DNA of 64,000 nucleotides from Actinomycetota bacterium. GTDB taxonomy: Bacteria > Actinomycetota > Thermoleophilia > RBG-16-64-13. Of this stretch, positions 27,059 through 36,897 are shown piece by piece. The position numbers were made by a program, and so were the translations under genes. The stretch lies in the NCBI GenBank assembly GCA_012514635.1, contig JAAYZX010000122.1:3449-67448 (forward strand), read 5' to 3'. Positions within the stretch are counted from its first letter, which is position 1; every line of letters begins with the position of its first letter. The notes under the pieces were generated by a model. That model was not told where the DNA came from, did not search any database, and was given only the letters and a program-made list of their open reading frames with translations.

Positions 27059-28633
27059 ATGCCCATCACCGAGTTGCTATCCGCTCATGCCGATTCCTTT
27101 GGAGACGAGGTAAGCCTGGTAGAGGTGAGCCCCGAGTCCGGCGACAGACGCCTGCTCACGTGGCGCGAGTTCGACGCCGCATCCAATCGCCTGGCCAACG
27201 CGCTTCTCAGTCGAGGAATTGGAAGGGGCAAGAAAGTCGCCATACTCATGACCAACTGCCTGGAATGGCTTCCTATCTATTTCGGTATCCTTAAAACCGG
27301 TGCTTTAGCCGTTCCTATGAACTATCGTTATCTGGCCGAAGAGATTGCGTATTGCCTCAATCTGGCCGAGACCGATGCGTTGGTATTTGGTCCCGAGTTT
27401 GTCGCTCGTGTGGAACCGATACTGGACAAGATCCCTCAAGTGCGGCCGTTTATCTTTGTAGGTGCCGATACACCAGCCTTCGCGGAGAGTTACGAACAGC
27501 TCATTGCGACCGCTTCCACCGCCGCCCCTGCAGTTCCCATCACCGACAGCAACGACGCGGCCATTTACTTCTCGTCGGGCACTACCGGCTTTCCCAAAGC
27601 CATTCTCCACGACCACCGTAGCCTCATGTCTTCCTGTGAAACCGAACAGAATCATCACGGACAAACCCGCGATGATAACTTCCTCTGCATCCCTCCTCTG
27701 TACCACACGGGCGCCAAAATGCACTGGTTCGGCAGCCTGCTGGTGGGGGGGAAAGCCGTACTTCTGCGTGGGGTCACACCGGAATGGATCATCGACACCG
27801 TCTCCAAGGAGCGCTGCACCATCGTGTGGCTGCTCGTGCCGTGGGCCCAGGATATTCTCGACGCCATCGACCGCGGTGAGATCAAACTGGAGAATTACCG
27901 CCTGGAACAGTGGCGACTGATGCATATCGGCGCGCAACCAGTGCCGCCCAGCCTGATCCGGCGCTGGAAGGAACGCTTCCCTCATCACCAATACGATACC
28001 AACTACGGTCTCAGCGAATCTATCGGCCCAGGCTGCGTACACTTGGGGGTCGAAAACATCCACAAAGTCGGCGCCATCGGCAAGGCGGGACATCTCTGGG
28101 ACGTGAAGATCGTAGACGCCGCCGGTGAGGCCACCCCTCAAGGAGAGGTCGGAGAGTTGGCCGTCAAAGGCCCGGGGGTCATGAAGGGCTACTATCGAGA
28201 CCCGGAGGCAACCGCCGCCGCACTGAAAGACGGCCGGCTTCTCACCGGAGACATGGCACGCATGGACCAAGACGGGTTCATCTGGCTGGTAGATCGTAAG
28301 AAAGACGTGATAATCACCGGTGGGGAGAACATCTACCCCATTGAGATCGAGGACTTCCTCCACCAACATGACGCCATCAAAGATGTAGCCGTCATCGGGC
28401 TGCCGGACCAGCGCCTGGGCGAGATCGTGGGAGCGGTGATTGAACTCAAGACCGGCGCACAGACCACTGAGGAGGAGATCCTGGAGTTCTGCACAGCACT
28501 GCCGCGCTACAAGCGTCCGCGCGTGTTTATCTTCAATCGCGTGCCACGCAACCCTACCGGCAAGATCGAGAAGGTCAAACTCCGCGAGAAATATGCAGGC
28601 GGGAGTGTGGTGGAGGCGCAACTGAAAGTATAG
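27059..28633 (+). CDS. Acyl-CoA synthetase / AMP-dependent ligase (class I adenylate-forming)
   Basis: YFSSGTTGFPKAILHDH AMP-binding motif and a C-terminal GKIEKVKLRE. Confidence 0.85.
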   Translation: MPITELLSAHADSFGDEVSLVEVSPESGDRRLLTWREFDAASNRLANALLSRGIGRGKKVAILMTNCLEWLPIYFGILKTGALAVPMNYRYLAEEIAYCLNLAETDALVFGPEFVARVEPILDKIPQVRPFIFVGADTPAFAESYEQLIATASTAAPAVPITDSNDAAIYFSSGTTGFPKAILHDHRSLMSSCETEQNHHGQTRDDNFLCIPPLYHTGAKMHWFGSLLVGGKAVLLRGVTPEWIIDTVSKERCTIVWLLVPWAQDILDAIDRGEIKLENYRLEQWRLMHIGAQPVPPSLIRRWKERFPHHQYDTNYGLSESIGPGCVHLGVENIHKVGAIGKAGHLWDVKIVDAAGEATPQGEVGELAVKGPGVMKGYYRDPEATAAALKDGRLLTGDMARMDQDGFIWLVDRKKDVIITGGENIYPIEIEDFLHQHDAIKDVAVIGLPDQRLGEIVGAVIELKTGAQTTEEEILEFCTALPRYKRPRVFIFNRVPRNPTGKIEKVKLREKYAGGSVVEAQLKV

Positions 28634-29255
28634 ATCCTGGATGTCTCGCCGACATGTTCGGGGAGTTCTCTGCCGTCTCTCGTAGCTCGCTAAACGCGGC
28701 CGCGAACTCCGCGGGTTTATAGTGGGCGTTGAGCCCGCTGGTGTTGGGAAGCACCCATATGCGCGACCCGGCTATGGTCTCCGACTGAAGCTCCACCTGC
28801 ACCCTGCGTCGCCCGAATGCCGTGGCATATGCGCCGATACCCACAAACGCCACCCAACACGGAGCGAACCGGGCCACCTTCTCTTCGAGTAGCTGCGCTC
28901 CATTACGGAACTCCTCGGGTGCCAGCTCGGCCGCCGACGCCGTGGCCCGCTCCACCAGATTGGTGATGCCCAGCCCGAGAGGCAACAGTTCCTCTTCCTG
29001 CTCCGGCCCAAGCAACCGGGGCGTGAAGCCCGATCGGTGGAGCGCCGGCCAGAACCGATTGCCGGGCCGGGCGAAGTGACGGCCCACCGCCGCCGAATAC
29101 AGCCCGGGATTGATCCCCACGAACAGCACGTTCAATCCAGGCGCGATCACATCGGGAAGAGTTCTACCCACAGCCGCCTGTAATTCCTCGCGCGACGGCC
29201 TACTCGGTTTCGACGACCCGGGTCCCTGCTCCGGCAATCCGGGACGCTTTGCCAT
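28575..29255 (-). CDS. mug: G/U mismatch-specific DNA glycosylase (Mug/TDG family, UDG family 2) with C-terminal extension
   Basis: GINPGLYSAAVGRHFARPGNRFW catalytic motif. The start is set at the Met of MAKRPGL, 12 nt after the Pif1-like gene stop, because the ORF-track start at 29498 would overlap that gene by 230 nt. Confidence 0.75.
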   Translation of the reverse strand: MAKRPGLPEQGPGSSKPSRPSREELQAAVGRTLPDVIAPGLNVLFVGINPGLYSAAVGRHFARPGNRFWPALHRSGFTPRLLGPEQEEELLPLGLGITNLVERATASAAELAPEEFRNGAQLLEEKVARFAPCWVAFVGIGAYATAFGRRRVQVELQSETIAGSRIWVLPNTSGLNAHYKPAEFAAAFSELRETAENSPNMSARHPGSILSVAPPPHSRLHISRGV

Positions 29256-29266
29256 TCCGTTCTGCC

Positions 29267-30568
29267 CTACCGTGACTGGGAGTCTGCGTTGCATCTGTTC
29301 TCCTCGTAGAAACGACGTACTCGAGGATCGCACCTGACATCGGTGGTCCGCAAAGGTCGAGCCAGCCGTATCCCCCGCAACGACCGGCAGCGGCTGAGTG
29401 CCACATAGGCCTGCCCACCGGCGAACGCGCCGCGGCCGAAATCGATCAGCACGCGATCCAGCGTAGTACCTTGACTCTTGTGGATGGTAACCGCCCACGC
29501 CGGTGTCAACGGGAACTGGGTGTACTCTCCCACCTTCTCAGCCACGATGCGGTCCTCGGCCCGGTCCAGCCGGTACTCGAACGACTCCCAAGACACCGGG
29601 ACCACGTCGTGTATCAGGCGTTCGCCCGCCCCTTCGCCCAGCATGCGCACCCGCACCAGATCCTGCGACACGGCGACCACCACTCCCAGCGAGCCGTTGA
29701 CCCAGCGTTCCTGCTCATCGTTTTTGGTGAACATGACCTGAGCACCCACCTTGAGCCGCAGCTCCAGCGGTGAGGGCAGACGATCGCCCCCCAATTTGAA
29801 GTTACCGGTGAGGGTCCCCTCTAGGAGGTGCTCCTCGGTGTCAAGCGCAGCCATGGCCGCCGCGTTGATGGCGTCGGCCGCGCGATTGGTGCAGGTGAGC
29901 GTCATCTCCGGTTCGATGTCGTCGCCCAGGAAGCAGCGCTCATTGAGTTTCTCCACCACCGCCTCCAGGTCCTGCGCTGTTCTCACTTTGTTCAGGAGGG
30001 ATACAAAGGCGGGATCACTCTGGCGAAAGACGTGACGCAGTTCCACGTGTTCCACGGCTATCCTTTCCAGTGCGAACGCACTGAAAAAGTAGGGATCGGC
30101 GTAGCCTCCGGCCCGCAACACCTCCCACTCCGCCCGCGGCACCACCGGAGGCAACTGGAACATATCGCCGATCAGAAGCAGTTGTACTCCGCCGAAGGGA
30201 TGCGGACTCTCGCGTGCGCGCCGCAGGAAGCGGTCGACGGCATCCAGCAGATCGCAGCGCAACATAGACACTTCATCCACGATAAGCAGCTCCAACCTCT
30301 TGTACAGCGTGCGGTCACGGGGCAGGCGGACCTCTTTGGCATCGTGCAGCCGCGGAGGCAATCGAAAGAAGGAGTGGAGAGTGGAGCCGCCCGCATTGAG
30401 CGCCGCCACCCCGGTAGGTGCCACCACGGCGCTCTGCAGGGGCAGCACCTCCAGCAGGTAGCGGATGAGCGTGGTCTTGCCCGTGCCGGCATTTCCCGAC
30501 ACGAACACCGCCGGGTGCCGAGCCTGCACCAACTGTTCCACCTGCTTATAAGTGTCGGGGATATCCAT
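29267..30568 (-). CDS. Pif1/RecD-like superfamily 1 DNA helicase
   Basis: Walker A GNAGTGKTTL, Walker B LLIVDEVSML, and GDMFQLPPV, which is a Pif1/RecD hallmark. Confidence 0.8.
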   Translation of the reverse strand: MDIPDTYKQVEQLVQARHPAVFVSGNAGTGKTTLIRYLLEVLPLQSAVVAPTGVAALNAGGSTLHSFFRLPPRLHDAKEVRLPRDRTLYKRLELLIVDEVSMLRCDLLDAVDRFLRRARESPHPFGGVQLLLIGDMFQLPPVVPRAEWEVLRAGGYADPYFFSAFALERIAVEHVELRHVFRQSDPAFVSLLNKVRTAQDLEAVVEKLNERCFLGDDIEPEMTLTCTNRAADAINAAAMAALDTEEHLLEGTLTGNFKLGGDRLPSPLELRLKVGAQVMFTKNDEQERWVNGSLGVVVAVSQDLVRVRMLGEGAGERLIHDVVPVSWESFEYRLDRAEDRIVAEKVGEYTQFPLTPAWAVTIHKSQGTTLDRVLIDFGRGAFAGGQAYVALSRCRSLRGIRLARPLRTTDVRCDPRVRRFYEENRCNADSQSR

Positions 30569-30627
30569 ATTGTCTTGCGGACTCTAGTCCTCGTCCGATG
30601 GATGTGCGTGGTGGAGTAAGACGGAGC

Positions 30628-31425
30628 TCAGGCCACGTCTCGGCGGCTGAACACCAGTACGGCCGCCACCAGCGACGCCACGCCCACCGCGCCGTAGATC
30701 CACCAGGCCTCCGCCGCCACGGTGTCTCCATTGATGATCTTGCCCGGCTGCCAGTAAGAGATGAGGTTGACCGGCCTCAGTACCCGGGCAACCTTGGAGA
30801 CGCTCGATACCAGATCGGCGATCCAGAACAGGAGGAGAATGCCGGCTGTGATGACACTGGGTCCGGCGCCGTCTCGGAAAATGGAACTGAACAGCATGGC
30901 GAGTCCGCCCACCGCCAGCATGTACAGCACCCCGAACGCCAACAGGGTCCAGAAGACACCGGCGCCGAGGTGGATACCGTACGTGGGACCGAAGATCTGG
31001 ATGGGGCCAAAGGATGCCGCCGCCAGGAGCAGCACATAGCCGATTAGAACCGCCACCCGCGTGACGGCCACCCGCACCCGCGAGATGGGCTGGGACAAGA
31101 GCAGCTCCATGGTGCCGGCCGCGATCTCCCCTGCGAACGCCCGCACCGCGAACAGCACCACCGCCGTCGACACGATGACCAACCACATGAGACCCAGGTA
31201 CTCCACCTGGAAGTATCCGCCCAGCGTCACCAAAGACACCTCGGTGCCTCCAAACATGGCGACCAACTCCGGTGGCCACATCTGGAGCAACTGCGCGAAC
31301 TGCCCCGCATCCATATGCTGGTAGAACCAGGTCATGAACCAGGCGTACACGATGAGGCCCAGAGAGAACCAGAACATGGAGGCCCGCCGCTGATGCAGCG
31401 TGCCACGCAGGAGCGTCCAGCTCAT
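30628..31425 (-). CDS. ABC-2 type transporter permease
   Basis: 265-aa six-TM protein, with a 4-nt overlap to the upstream ATPase gene. Confidence 0.8.
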   Translation of the reverse strand: MSWTLLRGTLHQRRASMFWFSLGLIVYAWFMTWFYQHMDAGQFAQLLQMWPPELVAMFGGTEVSLVTLGGYFQVEYLGLMWLVIVSTAVVLFAVRAFAGEIAAGTMELLLSQPISRVRVAVTRVAVLIGYVLLLAAASFGPIQIFGPTYGIHLGAGVFWTLLAFGVLYMLAVGGLAMLFSSIFRDGAGPSVITAGILLLFWIADLVSSVSKVARVLRPVNLISYWQPGKIINGDTVAAEAWWIYGAVGVASLVAAVLVFSRRDVA

Positions 31426-32405
31426 GTGCGCTCTTCTCGGGCCGGCGGGGAGCCGCCAACGCCGCCGCCCCCAGCGACGGCCACACCGCCTGTGCCATCG
31501 CCGACGTCTGCTGTGAGCACCTCTTCCCGGTAGAACTCCAGAAACACCTCTTCCAGACCGGCCGGCTGGATGGTCAGGTCCACGATCGACCGCTCAGCCA
31601 TGCGCTTCACGACCCGATCGACCACATCGCCCCTGGTCCGCGCCGCCAGTGAGAACTCATTGTGTGCTACCACGCCGTCCACGCCCGGTAGATCCGCCAG
31701 GAACGAGGGCGACGTCGGCTCGGCAAACGTCACCGCCACGTGGCGCAGGCGCCTACCCAGCAGATCGCGCACGTTCTCCTCGGCCACCAGCCGTCCCGAC
31801 CGCACTATCCCCACCCGCCCGCACACGCGCTCCACTTCGGAGAGCATGTGGCTGGAGAGGAAAACCGTCCGCCCCGCCGCGATACGCTCCTCCAGTACAC
31901 GGTGCACCTCTTCCTGATTGAGTGGATCCAGGCCGCTGGTGGGCTCGTCCAAGATCAGCAACTCCGGGTCATGCGCCATCCCCAGGATGAGAGCGAGCTT
32001 CTGCTTGTTGCCCTTGGACAGCTCTTTGACCTTTCTCGTCGGATCGAAGGCCAGGCGTTCCAGCAACTGGTCCGTGAGCGCGCCGCGCCCGCCGCGGAAC
32101 CCGGCCACGTAGTCGAGATGCCAGTGCCCCGTCTCCCGCTCGTAGAGCCGGACTTCGCCGGGCACGTATCCGATACGCCGCCGCACGTCGGAGTCGTGGA
32201 GCGTGACCCTCCGCCCCAGAACAGTGGCATCGCCGGACGTGGGTTTGAGCATACCCAGCAGGCAGCGTATGGTAGTGGTCTTGCCCGAGCCGTTCGGACC
32301 CAGGAATCCGTAGACGGCGCCGGCCGACACCGACAGCGAGAGGCCCTCGATACCCCGAGTATTCCCGTAGAACTTGGTCAGGTTGCACGTGCTTATCACG
32401 TCCAT
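31422..32405 (-). CDS. ABC transporter ATP-binding protein (ABC-2 exporter family)
   Basis: GPNGSGKTTT Walker A, LSKGNKQKLAL signature and ILDEPTSGLD Walker B. Confidence 0.9.
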   Translation of the reverse strand: MDVISTCNLTKFYGNTRGIEGLSLSVSAGAVYGFLGPNGSGKTTTIRCLLGMLKPTSGDATVLGRRVTLHDSDVRRRIGYVPGEVRLYERETGHWHLDYVAGFRGGRGALTDQLLERLAFDPTRKVKELSKGNKQKLALILGMAHDPELLILDEPTSGLDPLNQEEVHRVLEERIAAGRTVFLSSHMLSEVERVCGRVGIVRSGRLVAEENVRDLLGRRLRHVAVTFAEPTSPSFLADLPGVDGVVAHNEFSLAARTRGDVVDRVVKRMAERSIVDLTIQPAGLEEVFLEFYREEVLTADVGDGTGGVAVAGGGGVGGSPPAREERT

Positions 32406-32627
32406 ACGCTAATCTCCGTACCCATTCATCCCACCAACCTCCGGGCTCCTCTTGCGACGGAACGGCGTTCGGGTAGTATTCTCCAAAGCGCTCTCCACCC
32501 TAGTGCGGTCTGTCACATCCCTGGTGTGATAACCGTAGAATGTTTGGGCATACCTGTATGTTCCGATAATCCCGCTCTTGGCCGTTCCGGTCATGACCCT
32601 CATGGCTTTGTTCCAGATGCATCCTCT

Positions 32628-33497
32628 TCACTCATCCCAGAAGAGACCGAGCGATAAAGTCGCAGTATCCATTGCCCCAACGGTGGCGCCGGTGGCCACC
32701 ATAACTCCCGCACTCTCGGCCCGGCTGAACAATTCTTCGATAGCCCTCCTGCCCTCATTGCCGTAGTCCAGAGAAAACTCGTTCACATAAAGTGCGATGT
32801 GCTCCTGACATACCTTCTCGTCCATCTCTTGAGCATGCGCCCTTACGTATGCCCGTGCAGCCTCTGGATGCCGCCATACATATTCCACACCAGCCCGCAA
32901 CGCAGCATCAACCTTGGCGGCCAGATGTTTCGGCATGTCTCTCTTGATTGCGATACCGCCCAGCGGAATGGGGAGCCCCATGGCCACTTCCCACCACTCA
33001 CCCAAATCCTCCAAGCAACGCAACCCATAGCCGGAATAAGTGAAGCGCCCTTCATGAATAATGACACCTGCATCCACTTTCCCTTCCGCTACGGCGGGCA
33101 TGATCTCGTCAAAGCGCAGGACCACAATATGACGGGCTTCAGGAAGACGCAATCTGAGAAGAAGTGCAGCAGTGGTAAGCTCTCCCGGAATGGCGATGGC
33201 TGCGGCCACCAATTCCTCCGGCCGACTCCACAGGGCTTCTTTACCAACCACCAGCAATGGCCCGCACCCCCTTCCCAGCGCGCCGCCGGCGTGTAGAAGT
33301 GCATAGCGATCGAACACGTGGGCCAAAGCCGCAAATGACAGTTTGGTCACATCGGTCTCCCCGCACAGAGCCATGGCGTTGAGCTCATCGATGTCAGCCA
33401 AGACCACCTCCACCTCCGGAGTCCCGGCGATTAGCCCGTGTACCCATGCGTAGAAAATGAAAGTATCGTTGGGGCACGGAGAGAACGCCAGTCTCAT
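32628..33497 (-). CDS. mqnD: Futalosine-pathway 1,4-dihydroxy-6-naphthoate synthase (MqnA/MqnD superfamily, MqnD-like)
   Basis: N-terminal MRLAFSPCPNDTFIFYAWVHG, which is the SPCPNDTF motif characteristic of MqnD. Confidence 0.7.
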   Translation of the reverse strand: MRLAFSPCPNDTFIFYAWVHGLIAGTPEVEVVLADIDELNAMALCGETDVTKLSFAALAHVFDRYALLHAGGALGRGCGPLLVVGKEALWSRPEELVAAAIAIPGELTTAALLLRLRLPEARHIVVLRFDEIMPAVAEGKVDAGVIIHEGRFTYSGYGLRCLEDLGEWWEVAMGLPIPLGGIAIKRDMPKHLAAKVDAALRAGVEYVWRHPEAARAYVRAHAQEMDEKVCQEHIALYVNEFSLDYGNEGRRAIEELFSRAESAGVMVATGATVGAMDTATLSLGLFWDE

Positions 33498-34456
33498 CCC
33501 TCATCTCCGGGACCGTCTGGATTAGGCGGCAGGATTTCGCCGATTCGAGCGAGCAGATAGGCGGCGGCGCGCGCCGCGCGCGCCGCCGCCCCCGTCACAT
33601 CCCACTGCCCGCGATCCCGATCTCCCACAAGGTTACTGATGGCCCTCACCTCCAGGAGCGGTACCCCGTACAATAGACATACCTGAGCCGCCGCCGCGCC
33701 TTCCATAGATTCCGCCAACACCCCCCACCGCTGCCACAACTCGTCGGCCTGTTCAGAGGTCCCGGTCACACACGACATGGTAATGCAGCTGCCGGCCTCC
33801 ACATGCGCCACATCGGCGGAGCCCTCTACCGCCCCCGGTTCCCGCCAACGCAGGCGGCGGGTCGCCCGCCCTGCAACGGCTCGATCCAAAACGAAACGGT
33901 TCCACGATGGCCTGCCGGCCACCTCCAGAAGAGGCATCCCGAAGCACTCGGTCGAGAGCCAACCCTCGGGGGTCCAAGCTCCGGTGTCGCCGTAGATCTC
34001 CTCGGTGGCCACCACCAAATCTCCTACGTCCAGACCCGAGGGAGGATATGCTCCTGCGATTCCAAACTGTAACACCAGCCTCGGTTTGGGATCCCAGTCG
34101 GGGTGGGCCGGCACAGGTAACCACGACGCCCTCGCCCTTTCCAGCAATGATGTCAGCGCCTGAGCGGTGTTTGTCTTGTCGTACCCAGTCTCCACGACAA
34201 CAGCACCCATGTCTTCGCCTCCTCTATGGGCGCCTGGAATGTCGGTGAAAACATGCCATCGTCTGTGGATAATCTCCGTTGTCACAAACCCTGGAGCCTT
34301 CCCATGTTTGTCGGGTGACTCCGTCTCCCCAGTCTTATTTTCAGCTCCCCAGGCTTCCAGAAGCGGTTCTGCTTCTAATCGCGTCGCCGCGATAAGGGCT
34401 ACCCACGGCCGCCGTGCTCGGGTTTGTGTTACCTGGGTTGTTGCCCCTCCGTTCAT
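33494..34456 (-). CDS. mqnB: Futalosine hydrolase-like nucleosidase (PNP/UDP phosphorylase fold)
   Basis: MTA/SAH-nucleosidase-like segments (VALIAATRLEAEPLLE, VVVETGYDKTNTAQALTSLLE). It overlaps mqnD by 4 nt. Confidence 0.6.
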   Translation of the reverse strand: MNGGATTQVTQTRARRPWVALIAATRLEAEPLLEAWGAENKTGETESPDKHGKAPGFVTTEIIHRRWHVFTDIPGAHRGGEDMGAVVVETGYDKTNTAQALTSLLERARASWLPVPAHPDWDPKPRLVLQFGIAGAYPPSGLDVGDLVVATEEIYGDTGAWTPEGWLSTECFGMPLLEVAGRPSWNRFVLDRAVAGRATRRLRWREPGAVEGSADVAHVEAGSCITMSCVTGTSEQADELWQRWGVLAESMEGAAAAQVCLLYGVPLLEVRAISNLVGDRDRGQWDVTGAAARAARAAAYLLARIGEILPPNPDGPGDEG

Positions 34457-34470
34457 GGTCGCGCCGCTAT

Positions 34471-35913
34471 TCAGGCTCCCTCCAGCAGCATCAGGTCAGG
34501 TTCTTCCAGGTAGTTCACGACCAGGTTGAGGAAACGTGCCGCCTCCGCCCCATCTATCAATTGGTGATCAAAAGTCAAACTGAGCGGCAACAACGAGCGA
34601 ATCACCACCTGGCCTCTGTTGGCCACCGGCCGCTCACGCACACGGCCCATACCCAGCACCGCCACCTCCGGATAGTTGGTGACCGGCGTGGCATGGATAC
34701 CGCCAATGGCACCGTAGTTACTGACGGTGAACGTGCCGCCGTGGAGATCGGCTACATCCAGTTTGCGATCCTGCGCTCGGGCTACGAGCTCGTTGATCTC
34801 TTTGGCCAGATCAAAGATACTCTTGGTATCGGCCGCCTTGATATTCGGGACCATAAGGCCGGCGCTGGTATCGACGGCCAAGCCGATGTTGTAGTAGCGC
34901 TTGATGAGAACCTCATCACAGGCCTCGTCCAGCACTGCGTTGAGACGCGGGAACCGCTCCAGCGCCAGGATACCGGCCTTGACTACGAAGGCCAGATAAG
35001 TCAGGTGGATCCCTCGCTCAGTGGCGAGCGCGCGTTGCTTCTCGCGTATGCGCTTAAGTCCCGTGACGTCCGCTTCCTCTGTCTCTGTGACCAGCGCCTG
35101 TTTGGACAGCGCCTCTCGCATCTTCTTAGCCATAGTCCGACGCACACCGCGAAACGCCACACGTTCCACGACGCCGTACTGGTCCTGTTCCAGACCACCT
35201 CCCAGACAGGCTGCAGCCGTGTCGATCTCCTCCACAGCTACCGATGGGACTTCCACCCGGTCGCGTCCGTAGGCGATGGCGGCGGCGTAGTCCTCCACAT
35301 CTTGTCTCAAGATGCGGCCGCCCGGACCGGTGCCGCGAACCCGAGCCAGATCTACGCCGAGCTCATCAGCCATAGAGCGCACGGAGGGCAGAGCCAGAAC
35401 CTTGATGGCGCTGCGGGCGCCGACACGGCCGGCGGCGGCCGCCCTGCGGGCAGCCGCCTCGGCCTCCTCATCCGGTGCTTCCTCCAGCCTACCCACCACC
35501 GAGCCGGTGTAGAATTCCTCGGCCTCCATGACCTGAGCCACCGGCGGCGGCGGTACTCCAGCCTCTCCCGACGCGGCGACTGCGGGCGGCGCAGTCCCGA
35601 CCGGAGCACCGGCTTCCCCGGCCGGCGAAACCCCAGGCACCGCGGACGGAGCGCCAACCGTCGGCTCCGCCGCCGCGGCCTCCTCGATGGTCACCAATAC
35701 TGCTCCTACCTTGATGATCTCGCCCTCTTGAGCATGTAGCTTCACGATCTTCCCGGCCTTGGGCGAGGGGATTTCTACCACGGCCTTGTCGGTCTCTATT
35801 TCAGCCAAGGTTTGGTCCTCGGTTATGACCTCTCCCTCTCCCACCTTCCAGCTGAGCAGTTCGCCTTCAGTTATGCCTTCGCCCACATCGGGGAATCTGA
35901 ATTCGTACGCCAT
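34471..35913 (-). CDS. 2-oxo acid dehydrogenase complex E2 dihydrolipoamide acyltransferase
   Basis: Lipoyl domain EIETDKAVVEIPSP, an Ala/Pro linker, and the catalytic DHQLIDGAEAARFL. Confidence 0.9.
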   Translation of the reverse strand: MAYEFRFPDVGEGITEGELLSWKVGEGEVITEDQTLAEIETDKAVVEIPSPKAGKIVKLHAQEGEIIKVGAVLVTIEEAAAAEPTVGAPSAVPGVSPAGEAGAPVGTAPPAVAASGEAGVPPPPVAQVMEAEEFYTGSVVGRLEEAPDEEAEAAARRAAAAGRVGARSAIKVLALPSVRSMADELGVDLARVRGTGPGGRILRQDVEDYAAAIAYGRDRVEVPSVAVEEIDTAAACLGGGLEQDQYGVVERVAFRGVRRTMAKKMREALSKQALVTETEEADVTGLKRIREKQRALATERGIHLTYLAFVVKAGILALERFPRLNAVLDEACDEVLIKRYYNIGLAVDTSAGLMVPNIKAADTKSIFDLAKEINELVARAQDRKLDVADLHGGTFTVSNYGAIGGIHATPVTNYPEVAVLGMGRVRERPVANRGQVVIRSLLPLSLTFDHQLIDGAEAARFLNLVVNYLEEPDLMLLEGA

Positions 35914-35914
35914 A

Positions 35915-36895
35915 TCAAAACTCCATGGTTGCCCGGATTTGTCTCATTACTCCCCTCACGTCGGGATGATAATAATCTTCTAGTCTGCCCAGCGGCGGAA
36001 TGGTGTCGAACCCCGTAACCCGACCCACCGGCGCCTCCAATTGTAGTATGGCCCGCTCCATCAACTGTGTAGCGATCTCCGATGCAAACCCGCCGGTACG
36101 AGGCGCCTCCTGCACCACCACCGCGCGCCCGGTCTTGACCACACTGGCCGCCACTGTATTGATATCGAAAGGCGAGAGTGTACGCACATCGATCACTTCC
36201 ACGTCGTAAACGCCTTCCTCGGCCAGGTGATCGGCCGCCTGTTTGGCCGTGCGAACGTGCGCTCCCCAAGAGATCAAGGTGAGATCGAAGCCTTCGCGTA
36301 CCACTTTGGCCTCTCCCAGCGGTAGCGTGTAAGACTCCTCCGGCACTTCCATCCGCACCGCTCGATATATACGGTCCGGCTCGCAGAAGATGACCGGATC
36401 CGGGTCGCGGATGGCGGCCGTCAGTAGGCCCTTGGCGTCGTAGGGATCCGACGGTATGACCACCTTGAGTCCCGGCACATGTACGAATACGGCTTCCATG
36501 CTCTCGGAATGGTGTTCCAATGCTCGGATGCCGCCACCGTAGGGCATGCGCACCACCATCGGCACCGTATAGCCGCCACGCGAGCGATTACGCATGCGCG
36601 AAGCGTGCGACACCAACTGATCGTACGCGGGATAGACGAACCCGGAGAACTGTATCTCCGCCACCGGCCGATACCCGGCGATGGCCATACCGATAGCCAT
36701 GCCCACGATCCCCGACTCCGCCAACGGCGTATCGACCACACGATCAGGCCCGAATTGTTGGAATAGTCCCTCAGTGACCCTAAATACGCCCCCGTTCCTA
36801 CCCACATCCTCACCCAAGACGATGACCTTGGGATCGTGCTCCATCTCCTGCCGCAGCGCCTCCCGCACCGCCTCCACCAGGTTGAGGTTCGCCAC
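35915..36895 (-). CDS. 2-oxo acid dehydrogenase E1 component beta subunit
   Basis: Transketolase-like beta-subunit fold; 326 aa, directly between E1alpha and E2. Confidence 0.9.
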   Translation of the reverse strand: MANLNLVEAVREALRQEMEHDPKVIVLGEDVGRNGGVFRVTEGLFQQFGPDRVVDTPLAESGIVGMAIGMAIAGYRPVAEIQFSGFVYPAYDQLVSHASRMRNRSRGGYTVPMVVRMPYGGGIRALEHHSESMEAVFVHVPGLKVVIPSDPYDAKGLLTAAIRDPDPVIFCEPDRIYRAVRMEVPEESYTLPLGEAKVVREGFDLTLISWGAHVRTAKQAADHLAEEGVYDVEVIDVRTLSPFDINTVAASVVKTGRAVVVQEAPRTGGFASEIATQLMERAILQLEAPVGRVTGFDTIPPLGRLEDYYHPDVRGVMRQIRATMEF

Positions 36896-36897
36896 AG

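Noticed and set aside
30584-31498. 304-aa minus-strand ORF overlapping the ABC-2 permease
   Set aside because: It is an alternative frame of the same locus. Its translation is Gly/Arg-rich and non-membrane-like, whereas the 30628-31425 frame encodes a convincing six-TM permease coupled to the ATPase gene.
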